Shown piece after piece: positions 19,717 through 29,553 of a stretch of DNA of 64,000 bases. The stretch covers positions 82,359-146,358 of the forward strand of contig CALXLS010000001.1 of the NCBI GenBank assembly GCA_944389265.1. The letters run 5' to 3'. The position numbers were made by a program, and so were the translations under genes. A model generated the notes under the pieces. The model was given only the letters and a program-made list of their open reading frames with translations, searched no databases and was not told the DNA's origin. Positions within the stretch are counted from its first letter, which is position 1. The number at the start of each line of letters is the position of its first letter. Source of the stretch: an uncultured Alphaproteobacteria bacterium (GTDB taxonomy: Bacteria > Pseudomonadota > Alphaproteobacteria > Rs-D84).

Positions 19717-19836
19717 ATGAAAAAATTATTTATGGGATTTTTACTAATCGCAACACTTGCAGTTTCTGCATGCGGTGTTAAATCAGACCTGGAAAAACCA
19801 GACCAATCTTTCCCAAGGAATTACCCAGTATATTAA
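19717..19836 (+). CDS. Candidate 39-aa small lipoprotein (not in the ORF track because it is under 60 aa)
   Basis: MKKLFMGFLLIATLAVSACGVKSDLEKPDQSFPRNYPVY: signal peptide plus lipobox VSAC. Has its own consensus promoter but no SD (possibly leaderless). Confidence 0.3.
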   Translation: MKKLFMGFLLIATLAVSACGVKSDLEKPDQSFPRNYPVY

Positions 19837-19854
19837 AAATTGTGGAAGAATTTT

Positions 19855-19939
<85 letters not shown>

Positions 19940-19993
19940 ATTATGCACAAGCACGAACTTTTAAGCACGGCGGCACTACGCTTCGCTTCGTAG

Positions 19994-20012
19994 TCGCCAT
20001 ACCCGCATTATG
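19994..20012. repeat. 19-bp direct repeat of the tRNA-Leu 5' end plus its 5' flank
   Basis: TCGCCATACCCGCATTATG occurs at 19927-19945 (tRNA 5' end plus promoter-proximal bases) and again at 19994-20012. Confidence 0.6.
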
Positions 20013-20116
20013 TACATTACTTTACAAGCGCGTTTTTGTATATTATTATAAAATTTACTTGATTTCCAGTAAAATTTAACCTAAAATCCCCAACAGAATA
20101 ATAAAAGGTAGAAAAA

Positions 20117-20296
20117 ATGGCATCTAAAAAAGGCAGCAAAGAAGTTGTAAAGCTAGAAAATAAAGAAACTGGCTATTTCTACACAACTACAAAAAATACA
20201 AAGTCAGAAAATACTGCTGGCAAAATGAAATTCCGCAAATATGACCCAAAATTGCGTAAACATGTGGTCATGACAGAAGCAAAAATGCCTCACTAA
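20117..20296 (+). CDS. rpmG: 50S ribosomal protein L33
   Basis: 59 aa: MASKKGSKEVVKLENKETGYFYTTTKNTKSENTAGKMKFRKYDPKLRKHVVMTEAKMPH. Compare E. coli L33 …[32 protein letters not shown]…. Missed by the track because it is under 60 aa. Confidence 0.85.
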   Translation: MASKKGSKEVVKLENKETGYFYTTTKNTKSENTAGKMKFRKYDPKLRKHVVMTEAKMPH

Positions 20297-20322
20297 TATT
20301 TTGCGGGCATATCAGTTTATAA

Positions 20323-20351
20323 AAAACGCACTAAGTCTAGTGCGTTTTTTA
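20323..20351 (+). terminator. Intrinsic terminator after rpmG
   Basis: AACGCAC-TAAGTCTAG-TGCGTT plus T6. Confidence 0.5.
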
Positions 20352-20393
20352 TCTATGTAAAATCATAATAAAAATCCCCATAATCGGGGATTT

Positions 20394-22625
20394 TTATTTT
20401 CCAAATTTACCACTACGCGGAAAACCAACTGGTATTGTTCTCCCCTGCGAAGCGCGTTTGCCAACCCATGGTTGCCAATCTTCTAGTTTTGTTGTCCCCC
20501 TACCCGTCGTCCAACCAAAACCATCCGCCGCATTAAAGAACATAACATCCAATACATAAGTTCTTTCCGCATTATATTTCTGTAATATCACACCTTTGCC
20601 ACGTGTCATCTCTGGTATTTCCGAGGTTGAAAATATCAACAACTTATCATTAGAACCAGATAACGCAACGCTGTCCCCAGACACAGGCACACACATTATC
20701 GCAGGATTCTTTGCATCTGTATTCATTACCTGCTTACCTGTACGGGTTTGCGCCAAACAATTTTCACCACTTACAATGAATCCTGTTCCATGACGACCAA
20801 CTAATAAATATTTAGCAGACGTATCCAAAACAAAAGCACTAACAATATTTTCATCCGCGCCAATATCTACCATCATTCTGACAGATTCACCAAAACCACG
20901 TGCAGACGGTAAATCATTTGCAGAAATAGTAAACATCTTGCCACCACTAGCAAATAAGTTCACCTTATCCGTAGACATAGTATGGAACGCAAACTGCAAT
21001 TCATCACCTTCTTTGAACTTCAAATCAAGATTATTCAAATCAAGATGCCCTTTGGCCGCACGAATCCAACCCATAGTAGACAATATTACCGTCAAAGGTT
21101 CTTTCTCTATAAATTCTTCGGCATTCACAACTATTTCTTCGATCTGTGGTACCCACTGAGTACGACGACGTCCCAATGCAGTTTTTTTATCATAACGCTT
21201 TTTAATATCTGCAAACCATGCCTTTAATTGCTCGTTCTGCATATCTTCGCTGGCTAGCAATTCTTGCAGTTGTTTCTGTTCTGCTAATAAAGCAGCATCC
21301 TCGCGGCGAATTTCCATTTCTTCCAATTTACGCAAAGAACGCAAACGAGTATTTAAAATTGCCTCTACCTGAACTTCTGTTAAATTAAACTCTGCAATTA
21401 AAACGGCTTTCGGGTCATCCTCGTTACGGATTATTTCTATTACCCTATCCAAATTTAAGTAAACAATTAATAACCCGCCTAAGATTTCCAACCTGCGGGC
21501 AATATTACCTAAGCGCCAATTCGTTCTGCGTATTAAAACATTCTTTTGATGTGCAATAAATTCACGCAGGACGTCACCTATTCCCATTACGCGTGGTGCC
21601 CCCTTAGAATCTATTACATTGAAGTTCATATTGAACTTATATTCCAAGTCAGTCATCGCAAATAAATGCGCCATCATCTTATCTGCAGGGACATTACGAC
21701 TTTTAGGCGTTATTACAATTCTGACATCTGTTGTTGATTCATCAGAAATATCATCTACTAACGGTAATTTCTTTGCGTCAATTAAATTAGCGATTTGTTC
21801 TACTAACTTAGATTTTATAATTCCATATGGGATTTCAGTTATAACTACCTGCTCTGCACCGCGGTCTAGTTTTTCAACTTCCCATTTTGCCCGAATTCTG
21901 AAAGCACCACGCCCAGTATCATAATTCTTTACAATTGTATCAAAAGAATCTATCAGAACACCACCTGTCGGAAAATCTGGACCAACAAGTTTTTTCATAA
22001 TCTGTGTAGTGGTCGCTTCTGGATTATCCACAACTAAAGACAAAGCATCACAAACTTCTGCCACATTATGAGTCGGGATATTTGTTGCCATACCAACGGC
22101 AATTCCCATACCACCGTTTGCCAATAAATTAGGGAAAGCACCAGGCATAACAGTAGGTTCAACGGTCGTCCCATCAAAATTGGGCATCATATCAACGCTA
22201 TCTTCATCAATGCCTTCCATAATCAGCATCGCAGCGTCGGTCATCTTAGATTCCGTATAACGATATGCTGCTTGTGGGTCGCCGTCTATATTACCAAAAT
22301 TCCCCTGTCCGTCAATCAATGGATAGCGTACAGAAAAATCCTGTGCCAGACGCACCATTGCATCATACACCGAAGAATCCCCGTGCGGATGATAATGCCC
22401 CAAAACGTCCCCAACAACCGTCGCACACTTACGAAAAGCCGCCGAAGGCGATAACTTCTGACGCAACATAGAATACAAAATTCTGCGGTGTACAGGCTTT
22501 AAACCGTCGCGAACATCAGGAAGTGCGCGAGATACAATTGTACTAACCGCATACGACAAATAACGTTCAGACAATGCGTCTGATAATTGCTGTGAATCTA
22601 TTCTTTCGATAATTTCTTTACTCAT
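20394..22625 (-). CDS. parC: DNA topoisomerase IV subunit A
   Basis: Start [10 protein letters not shown]. GyrA/ParC N-terminal motifs [18 protein letters not shown] and the catalytic AAYRYTES (Tyr). The C-terminal region is short and ParC-like rather than GyrA-like (no GyrA box recognised). About 743 aa. Confidence 0.8.
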   Translation of the reverse strand: MSKEIIERIDSQQLSDALSERYLSYAVSTIVSRALPDVRDGLKPVHRRILYSMLRQKLSPSAAFRKCATVVGDVLGHYHPHGDSSVYDAMVRLAQDFSVRYPLIDGQGNFGNIDGDPQAAYRYTESKMTDAAMLIMEGIDEDSVDMMPNFDGTTVEPTVMPGAFPNLLANGGMGIAVGMATNIPTHNVAEVCDALSLVVDNPEATTTQIMKKLVGPDFPTGGVLIDSFDTIVKNYDTGRGAFRIRAKWEVEKLDRGAEQVVITEIPYGIIKSKLVEQIANLIDAKKLPLVDDISDESTTDVRIVITPKSRNVPADKMMAHLFAMTDLEYKFNMNFNVIDSKGAPRVMGIGDVLREFIAHQKNVLIRRTNWRLGNIARRLEILGGLLIVYLNLDRVIEIIRNEDDPKAVLIAEFNLTEVQVEAILNTRLRSLRKLEEMEIRREDAALLAEQKQLQELLASEDMQNEQLKAWFADIKKRYDKKTALGRRRTQWVPQIEEIVVNAEEFIEKEPLTVILSTMGWIRAAKGHLDLNNLDLKFKEGDELQFAFHTMSTDKVNLFASGGKMFTISANDLPSARGFGESVRMMVDIGADENIVSAFVLDTSAKYLLVGRHGTGFIVSGENCLAQTRTGKQVMNTDAKNPAIMCVPVSGDSVALSGSNDKLLIFSTSEIPEMTRGKGVILQKYNAERTYVLDVMFFNAADGFGWTTGRGTTKLEDWQPWVGKRASQGRTIPVGFPRSGKFGK

Positions 22626-22959
22626 GACAAGCAAAAATTTAAAACATTTCAAAAAAAATAACAACAGAAAAAATACTATTTCTAAGCAAAAAACTAACCT
22701 TTTTCAATTTTTTTCAACTTTTTTTCATTTTTTACTTGAAATTTTATTTTTTAAGATTATATGTATATACAAACTTTGGTTCCCTGATAAAGGGCGGGCT
22801 GCCAAAAAAAGTGGCAAGTCGGGGCTTGGTTTTATACGAAGTCTGAATGTACGTTGCAAATTGCTCTATTGCGACGAACCAATCAAAAAAAACATTAATA
22901 AAATATTAGGCTCACCGGTTAATCCCGGGGTGTCTGTTTGATTGCAAAGGAGGTAAAAA

Positions 22960-23694
22960 ATGGGTTTCAAACGCACAATTCCATATTTTTTAACAAGTGC
23001 GGCAATGATGTTTAATTTTGGTTATAGTTTAGGCGCACCAGAAAACTCTGAAACACAGAAAGAACCAAAATCCACAGAAAAAAACGTCAATATTCAACCT
23101 AAGGTTGAAAAAAATGATTCTGCAAACTATGAGTTGCTGGCACTTAATTCAAGCACCCCAAAAATCGCTGTGGACGCCATCGCACAAAACTATGATGTTG
23201 TATATACATTTTCTGATGGTGATAAATTAAAGCGTAGCGGTGGTACACGTGCATGGCGCAACAACAACCCCGGTTGCATAAGATATTCTAGTTTTGCTGT
23301 AGAACAAGGCGCAATCGGTAAAGCAGGTGGTTTCGCGGTTTTTCCAGACCAAGAAACAGGTAAAAATGCTTTAGCAGCACTTTTGCGTTCAAAAGGCTAT
23401 AGAAACCTTACCATTTCTGCGGCGATATTTAAATACGCCCCACCACATGAAAATAATACACAAAATTATAAAGCACGCATCAGAAAATTGACAGGTTTGT
23501 CCACAAGTATGAAATTATGCAATTTGACTGATGAACAAATTAATCGTGTTGTAGAAGCTATATGCATAATAGAAGGATGGCGCACAGGTAAAGAAATAAA
23601 CATCGAACAAATAAAACAACATCAACAGGCGATGACAGATACATCCAAATTGTATGCATTTATACAAAAACAAAACCGTCAGAATACCTTATAA
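22960..23694 (+). CDS. Secreted protein, paralogue A, with a conserved ~130-aa C-terminal domain of unknown function shared with the 25394-26455 product
   Basis: Strong SD AAGGAGG. Signal-peptide-like N-terminus. The C-terminal GGTRAWRNNNPGCIRYS…GFAVFPDQETGKNALAALLRSKGY…YAPPHENNTQNY…KLTGLS…EGWRTGKEI is paralogous to the second protein. Confidence 0.6.
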   Translation: MGFKRTIPYFLTSAAMMFNFGYSLGAPENSETQKEPKSTEKNVNIQPKVEKNDSANYELLALNSSTPKIAVDAIAQNYDVVYTFSDGDKLKRSGGTRAWRNNNPGCIRYSSFAVEQGAIGKAGGFAVFPDQETGKNALAALLRSKGYRNLTISAAIFKYAPPHENNTQNYKARIRKLTGLSTSMKLCNLTDEQINRVVEAICIIEGWRTGKEINIEQIKQHQQAMTDTSKLYAFIQKQNRQNTL

Positions 23695-23724
23695 AAAACG
23701 CGCTGTACGCGCGTTTTTAATTTA
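23694..23724. terminator. Bidirectional terminator between paralogue A and zapA
   Basis: AAAAAACGCGC-TGTA-CGCGCGTTTTT. Confidence 0.45.
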
Positions 23725-23992
23725 TCTTGTTCTTTATTTCCCTGATTCTTGCCAAAATCTCTTTTAAATCTGCATCAGTAACAGAAGGCGTCGATTTATT
23801 ATGAATTTCATCAGCCAAAACAATACACAACGTTGCTAACAAAGAACTTTCTGGCAAGGGACCTATTTTATCTAAAATCTCACGCGCACGCGCGTCCACC
23901 ATCTTACCCAGTTCTATCAAACGCGCTTCCTGACCATCCTCGCACCCCATAGGATAGTTCTTATTAACAATAGGTATAGATACTACACTCAT
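23717..23992 (-). CDS. zapA: Cell-division protein ZapA
   Basis: 91 aa, MSVVSIPIVNKNYPMGCEDGQEARLIELGKMVDARAREILDKIG…LLATLCIVLADEI. Follows the ZapA pattern (V.I.I.g..Y.l.C..GqE..L…A…D…) and overlaps by ATGA the upstream coiled-coil gene, as in alphaproteobacterial zauP-zapA operons. Confidence 0.55.
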   Translation of the reverse strand: MSVVSIPIVNKNYPMGCEDGQEARLIELGKMVDARAREILDKIGPLPESSLLATLCIVLADEIHNKSTPSVTDADLKEILARIREIKNKIN

Positions 23993-24198
23993 TTCAACTT
24001 CTTTAATATTGATATAGATTGATTTATCATTTCTGTCGCTTTTGCGTTCTTTTCACGCAAAGTTTTTACCTGCTCGGTTAAAATCGCAACTTCTAAATCA
24101 GTCTGTTTTCCCGCATTTACAGCCGTTGCACGCAAACGTGCAGCAGCATCTTCTAATGAACTTAATTCTTGAAATATTTGCTGTTTTATATCACCCAT
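23989..24198 (-). CDS. Small coiled-coil protein upstream of zapA (ZauP/ZapB-like, DUF4164-type)
   Basis: MGDIKQQIFQELSSLEDAAARLRATAVNAGKQTDLEVAILTEQVKTLREKNAKATEM…, about 69 aa. Heptad-rich and translationally coupled to zapA. Confidence 0.4.
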   Translation of the reverse strand: MGDIKQQIFQELSSLEDAAARLRATAVNAGKQTDLEVAILTEQVKTLREKNAKATEMINQSISILKKLK

Positions 24199-24281
24199 GT
24201 TTTTTAGTTTAAGATATTTTTTATATGCGTTCAACCCCAAAATGTGATATAATAATCGCATCTAGTGGGGGATATGTTTCT

Positions 24282-25376
24282 ATGAAGACTAAAATCATAT
24301 ATATTTCTGGCACCGAAATCTTTGATATGACTGATATTCGTGCGGCTTTTGATGAAGTTAGAATAACCTTAGGGTTGGATAAAAATACCGTTTTATTCGG
24401 TGTACCTGTTGATAACGACGATTCCTTATCCGCAGAAAATAATCTAGAAAAATCAGAAAATGAACATATTAAACAATTTTCTAACCAAGAAAACTTAAAA
24501 AACACCGCAGAAGAATTACCTCAAGATAATATTATTGAACCTGAAATAATAGAAATTACCGAAGAAAAAACTAAAAAAAGCACCGCTAAAAAGCCTCGTG
24601 GGCGTTCTGTCGCAAAATCTGTAATTGAACCCACTATCGAAGAAAATGTCGAAGAAGAACAAATAATAGAAGAAACTCCCAATATTCCTGCGGAAGAACC
24701 CCAAAAGGAAAACGAAGAAGAAAAAATTATACCTATCTTATCGATATTAGCAGCAAAAAAGGATGATACTGAACAAGATTTAAATTCTGCTTATGAACCA
24801 ATCGATTCCGAAGTTTCAGATGTTAAACAACCTGAAGAAACAAAAAAAGAAGAAAAACAACCAGAATCGATAACTGCGGATATTGATTTGAATGTGGAAC
24901 TTGATGTACCCGCAACTGCAGAAGACGAAAGCGAAATCCCTGCACAACGTGTCACCATTGAAGACATGATAACAGAAGATGCCCCCAGTGAACCTATTGA
25001 AAAAACATTGGAACAACTGTTAGAAAGTATGACACCTTTACGCGAAGATACTGTTGAAGAGCATTCTCATAATTCTCCTGCAAAAGAAGTGATAGACCTT
25101 GAAGAAACAGTCGAAGATTTTTCAGCAGATGCACCTGATGCGACACTGGAACAGTTAGCAGCAGAATTTGCAGAAACTGAAGACAAAATACCAACAGACA
25201 CAAAAACAGAAAATCACAGTAAAATCGGAAAATTAAAAAATATTCTGCCTTTTAAAAAAGCAAAACGAGATGACACGGGTTTAATGGGTGACTTGTTCGG
25301 TTGGGCAGGAATTGCTGCAAATGACGAAGAATTTTCTATTCCTGGATTTTTTACAAATGCCGCACAAAAAAAATAG
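24282..25376 (+). CDS. Highly acidic Glu/Pro/Lys-rich low-complexity protein (about 365 aa) with a short structured N-terminus
   Basis: GGGGGA precedes the ATG at 24282. N-terminus MKTKIIYISGTEIFDMTDIRAAFDEVRITLGLDKNTVLFGVPVD, followed by a long E/K/P/T-rich disordered region. C-terminus …LMGDLFGWAGIAANDEEFSIPGFF. Confidence 0.5.
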   Translation: MKTKIIYISGTEIFDMTDIRAAFDEVRITLGLDKNTVLFGVPVDNDDSLSAENNLEKSENEHIKQFSNQENLKNTAEELPQDNIIEPEIIEITEEKTKKSTAKKPRGRSVAKSVIEPTIEENVEEEQIIEETPNIPAEEPQKENEEEKIIPILSILAAKKDDTEQDLNSAYEPIDSEVSDVKQPEETKKEEKQPESITADIDLNVELDVPATAEDESEIPAQRVTIEDMITEDAPSEPIEKTLEQLLESMTPLREDTVEEHSHNSPAKEVIDLEETVEDFSADAPDATLEQLAAEFAETEDKIPTDTKTENHSKIGKLKNILPFKKAKRDDTGLMGDLFGWAGIAANDEEFSIPGFFTNAAQKK

Positions 25377-25393
25377 GCAAATTATGAGTCTTG

Positions 25394-26455
25394 ATGAACA
25401 TCGATACAATTCTTAGACTTTTAAAAAATTCTGGCTTCAATATACTTGGGTCAGATGGGACTTATTTATATTTAGAAGACCCGTCTTGCATTCTGCGCAG
25501 TTTTGAAACGTTCATTGAATACGCATGGATTGCTATTACCTGTATAACTGGTTTGCTGTTGTTCGGGTGGGCTATATCAATGATTCGAGGCGCAAAGAAC
25601 GATATATTTACAAATTTACGTAATTTGGTCCTAATTTTTGGAACTTTATCCGCGGTTATTCCTATTGTAAATACTATATGGGGTGAGGACATTTTTGCAC
25701 GTGGTTGCAGAACAATAAAAGTCCCTATCACAGAAGTAAACGAAATATTAAACGCAAGGAATTTAAAACTTTCTGAACGTAACGAATTCGATTTATATGA
25801 AGAATTTAATATTTATGATTCTGGTATACCTTATCTAAATAATCAACAATCTAACGAAATTCCTTATGCACAGGCACCGCTAATAGCACCAGATGTTCCA
25901 GAAGAAATTGAAGTTTCTGTATCCACAGACTCAAATACAATCCGCCCAAGCGCACAGATTATACAATCTGAAACAATAATTTCTGAAACATCCCATTCAA
26001 ATACAGTTCGTCGTCCAAATCGCGCACAAGAAATCTCAAAAGATGTCGTGTACACAAACCCTGACGGTACAAAACAAACAAAAACAGGTGGTAGCCGCGC
26101 ATGGAGAAATACAAACCCTGGCAATATCCGATATTCTGAATTTTCTCGTAGAATGGGCGCAATAGGTGAAGCCGGTGGATTTGCGGTTTTTCCAGATGAA
26201 GAAACTGGAATGCGCGCAATTAGAGAACTTTTACGAAGTGAAAGTTATAACAAGCTTACTGTAGCAGGCGCAATAAGCAGGTATGCACCACCTTCTGAAA
26301 ACAATACTTCTGCATACCATAGACAAATTCAAAAACTAACAGGACTGTCTATTAATAAAAGAATGAGTGATTTAAGCGATGCAGAATTATCTAGGGTGGC
26401 AAATGCAATAAAAGTTATTGAAGGTTGGAAACCCGGGAAAATAATAAATCAATAA
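25394..26455 (+). CDS. Membrane-anchored protein, paralogue B, carrying the same C-terminal unknown domain as 22960-23694
   Basis: N-terminal globular segment, two TM helices (IAITCITGLLLFGWAISMI; LVLIFGTLSAVIPIV), a Ser/Thr/Gln-rich linker, then GGSRAWRNTNPGNIRYS…GFAVFPDEETGMRAIRELLRSESY…YAPPSENNTSAY…KLTGLS…EGWKPGKII. Confidence 0.6.
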   Translation: MNIDTILRLLKNSGFNILGSDGTYLYLEDPSCILRSFETFIEYAWIAITCITGLLLFGWAISMIRGAKNDIFTNLRNLVLIFGTLSAVIPIVNTIWGEDIFARGCRTIKVPITEVNEILNARNLKLSERNEFDLYEEFNIYDSGIPYLNNQQSNEIPYAQAPLIAPDVPEEIEVSVSTDSNTIRPSAQIIQSETIISETSHSNTVRRPNRAQEISKDVVYTNPDGTKQTKTGGSRAWRNTNPGNIRYSEFSRRMGAIGEAGGFAVFPDEETGMRAIRELLRSESYNKLTVAGAISRYAPPSENNTSAYHRQIQKLTGLSINKRMSDLSDAELSRVANAIKVIEGWKPGKIINQ

Positions 26456-26465
26456 AGGATTGATT

Positions 26466-27104
26466 ATGGTTGACATCAAATCAGTAAATGAAAATAAAGG
26501 CTCTACTACTTTAACTGTATTATTAATAGTTATGCTGTTAATAATCGGTATATTAATCTATTTTCTTGCCGGCGGAAAAATACCAGAAAATAATAAACCT
26601 GCAATCGCAGTTGATTCCCCAAACCAAACTTTTGATACCGATATTCCTCAACGTAGCAGCACTTTTAATGATGGGCTTCGCAACCCTAATTTTTCAGAAC
26701 AATATGAATTAAATGAATTTGGTGAAGGTGTGGCTTCAAAAGAAATATTTGATATAGATATTAATGGAGACGGACATAAAGATAGAATAACCAAAACAAA
26801 AAATGAAAATGGAACGCCTCATTTTTATTACGAATACAAAATTGAATTAAACAACAACGGTACTTTTGTTGATATTACCCCGAACGGTTTTAGAACTACC
26901 GAAGGCGTTGAATGCGCTTTACAAAAACTACAGTTTATTTTCAAACCAGAATTTAGAATAATAAAAATATCCAGAAACTGGGAAGAAACTTGGGAAAACC
27001 CAACCATCGCCACCAAAACTGTTTATGCTTTTTCTGATGGGAATTTAAAAGAAATAAGCAAAACAGAAACAAAATCTGTTTGCGATGTTTCTGAACTATT
27101 TTAG
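26466..27104 (+). CDS. Single-pass membrane protein with a DxDxDG-like calcium-binding-type motif; unknown function
   Basis: AAAGGA SD. TM helix TTLTVLLIVMLLIIGILIYFLAGG. DIDINGDGHKDRI motif. Confidence 0.4.
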   Translation: MVDIKSVNENKGSTTLTVLLIVMLLIIGILIYFLAGGKIPENNKPAIAVDSPNQTFDTDIPQRSSTFNDGLRNPNFSEQYELNEFGEGVASKEIFDIDINGDGHKDRITKTKNENGTPHFYYEYKIELNNNGTFVDITPNGFRTTEGVECALQKLQFIFKPEFRIIKISRNWEETWENPTIATKTVYAFSDGNLKEISKTETKSVCDVSELF

Positions 27105-27776
27105 TAAAAATAAATTACGTGCGGAATAAATTATTCCACCGGAAACAATATAATGATCATATAACTCGATATCCAACATATTTAACATTTCTTTTATGTT
27201 AGTAGTCATCTCTATATCATCACTTGAAAAAGATGTATTCGGTGTCGGATGATTATGTAATAAAACGACATATCTTGCATTTAAGTCCAAGGCTTGTTTT
27301 ACTATTTCGCGTGGATATACCGCCGCCCAATCTATTGTTCCAGCGCTATGCAAATCATCTTTTAATAAACGCATATCAGAACCTAAATATAAAATATGGA
27401 ATTCTTCCACTGTCTTACCACCCAACAAAAGCGTACAATAATTTGCTAAAACCTTTTCATTTCTGAAAATAGGCCCAGAATCTAAGCATGTTTTATAACC
27501 ACTTATCATTATTTGATGAATGGCCTTTATAAATATCGCTGTATTTTTACCGATACCTTTATATGCAGTTAAAGATTCTAATGGTGCAGTTAATACCTGA
27601 TAAATACTACCAAATTTTGCAATAAGACCACGCGCCAGCGGACGTACATCACGTCTTGGTATGACAAAACTTAACAACAATTCCAGTAATTCATAATCCG
27701 TCAGTTTATTTTCAAGAAACTTTTGACGTAATCTTTCTCTGTGTCCCAGGTGAAAAGATAAATCTTCTACTTTCAC
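27096..27776 (-). CDS. radC: RadC-family JAB/MPN-domain protein (UPF0758)
   Basis: HhH N-terminus (ELLELLL…GIGKNTA) and the JAMM-like C-terminus VVLLHNHPTPNTSFSSDDIEMT. Confidence 0.8.
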   Translation of the reverse strand: MKVEDLSFHLGHRERLRQKFLENKLTDYELLELLLSFVIPRRDVRPLARGLIAKFGSIYQVLTAPLESLTAYKGIGKNTAIFIKAIHQIMISGYKTCLDSGPIFRNEKVLANYCTLLLGGKTVEEFHILYLGSDMRLLKDDLHSAGTIDWAAVYPREIVKQALDLNARYVVLLHNHPTPNTSFSSDDIEMTTNIKEMLNMLDIELYDHYIVSGGIIYSARNLFLLK

Positions 27777-27800
27777 TGCGGGTTCCCTTGGTATTAAATT

Positions 27801-28562
27801 CTACATCTGCTTTTCCGTAAATATTATCGCACCATCTTCTGTAATACCTATTGTATGCTCCCACTGTGCAGATAAACCACCATCAACTGTTCGCGCGGTC
27901 CAACCATCTGGGTCTATTTTACATTCTGGTCGACCTGTATTTATCATTGGCTCAATCGTGAACACTAAACCTGGAACCATTTTTACCCTATCATACGCCT
28001 TTTCATAAAAATGCAATATCTGTGGATCATCATGCATTACCTTACCAATACCATGCCCCACAAAATCGCGTGATATAGAAAAACCATGCGGTTTTACAAC
28101 TGCTTCTATAGTCTTACCTATTTCAGATAAAGGAACCCCAGGTGCACAAACTGAAATTGCAGCATTCAGTGCATCTTGACACGTTTGTACCAATTCACGT
28201 GCCTGTGGAGATACATTACCTATCATAAACATACGTGATGCGTCACCATGAAACCCCTTGTATTCCGCAGTCAAATCTACGTTTACAATGTCCCCATCTT
28301 TTAATATAACATCATCACTTGGTATACCGTGAACAATAACATCGTTTACTGATGTGCATATACTTTTGGGATAACCTTGATACCCTAAATCTGAAGACCT
28401 GGCACCATTTTCCTTTAAAAACGTAGCAACCAGTCTATCTATTTCACCAGTTGAAATACCCGCCTTAATATAAGGTGAAATAAAATCAAAACAACGTGCA
28501 ACTAAATCCCCAACCACACGTAAACGCTTAAAATCTTTCGGTGCATATACAGATGCTAACAT
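27801..28562 (-). CDS. map: Type I methionine aminopeptidase
   Basis: GISTGEID…, VCTSVNDVIVHGIP, GFHGDASRMF, FVGHGIG, EPMIN, and WTARTVDG…SAQWEHT. Confidence 0.85.
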   Translation of the reverse strand: MLASVYAPKDFKRLRVVGDLVARCFDFISPYIKAGISTGEIDRLVATFLKENGARSSDLGYQGYPKSICTSVNDVIVHGIPSDDVILKDGDIVNVDLTAEYKGFHGDASRMFMIGNVSPQARELVQTCQDALNAAISVCAPGVPLSEIGKTIEAVVKPHGFSISRDFVGHGIGKVMHDDPQILHFYEKAYDRVKMVPGLVFTIEPMINTGRPECKIDPDGWTARTVDGGLSAQWEHTIGITEDGAIIFTEKQM

Positions 28563-28563
28563 T

Positions 28564-29553
28564 TTATTTCCTTCTTTTTACAGCCAATTTCGCTGCACGT
28601 ACTGCTAATTTTAAAGAAAAATCGCGCAACAATATTTCAGCGGGCATGCCTGTCGTACGTAGTTGTTTTTCAAGTTCATTTAATCTTGTAAGAACCGCTA
28701 CAATTTCTACTTCAGGCCATATCTTTATAGCAGTATTAAATTTTTCCGTAACCTTCCAAAATAATCTTGGTAATTGCCCTTCAACAACTGCTGTTAACAA
28801 TTTTTTAAAATGACTATCCAGCATTCGCAACAATCTGTTAGGATCAGAATTTTCATACAACAATCTATCCAAAGCTGTCATTGTCTGCTGAACATGCCCT
28901 GCTGTTAATGAATAAAGAAAATCATCTGTATCTGCTGCTGCAGTATCTGGCAAACATTTTTCAACATCTTCCAACTCTACAATCTTCTTATCATCCACAT
29001 ATAACGCAATCTTTGTAAGGAAACCACGCGTTATTCCACGATCTCCCCCTAAATGCGTTGTCATATATGCCATGGCATCTGGTGTAATCTGTTGAATACC
29101 CGCTGCGGCAGACAACTCCTTTCTAATCAAAGTTGCTAATGAACGCGCATCATCTGTATAGCAAGGTAAGGCAGCCAATGTTTCGGAATTTTCAAACAAT
29201 GTTCTTAAACCACCACCAGCACGCAAATCACCAGCAGTCACTATTACCGTCGCACAAAGCCCATTATGCCCAACTAATTCAGAAATCTGTTTTGCGTCAC
29301 TGTCCCCTGCGTTTGATATTATTACCATCTTGCGACCACCAAACATAGAAGGACTGCAACTTTCCGCAAATAACGCATCCTGCTTTTCACGCAATTCATT
29401 AGAATCAAGAGCAAATAAATTATCTTTATCTATTTCAAGTTTTTCTACAGCCTTGTCACAGAATTCATCGACCTGCCCCGCGTCTTGACCGTAAATCAAA
29501 ACCGCACGAATTGTATTTATACCATTATTAAAATCTGCTTCTTTCCACTTCAT
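28564..29553 (-). CDS. holA: DNA polymerase III delta subunit
   Basis: N-terminal clamp-loader delta-like fold (VLIYGQDAG…SLFGGRKMVII). Conserved leuS-lptE-holA-type neighbourhood with the upstream LptE-like lipoprotein. Confidence 0.65.
   Translation of the reverse strand: MKWKEADFNNGINTIRAVLIYGQDAGQVDEFCDKAVEKLEIDKDNLFALDSNELREKQDALFAESCSPSMFGGRKMVIISNAGDSDAKQISELVGHNGLCATVIVTAGDLRAGGGLRTLFENSETLAALPCYTDDARSLATLIRKELSAAAGIQQITPDAMAYMTTHLGGDRGITRGFLTKIALYVDDKKIVELEDVEKCLPDTAAADTDDFLYSLTAGHVQQTMTALDRLLYENSDPNRLLRMLDSHFKKLLTAVVEGQLPRLFWKVTEKFNTAIKIWPEVEIVAVLTRLNELEKQLRTTGMPAEILLRDFSLKLAVRAAKLAVKRRK

Noticed and set aside
24225-24281. Upstream start (24225) for the acidic protein, and the upstream TTG/GTG starts proposed by the track for several genes (4752, 25391, 26460, 37872, 2868, 8619, 57861)
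   Set aside because: Internal ATG codons with SD-like sequences and conserved N-termini fit better. The upstream alternatives are kept only as notes where undecidable (4752, 8619).
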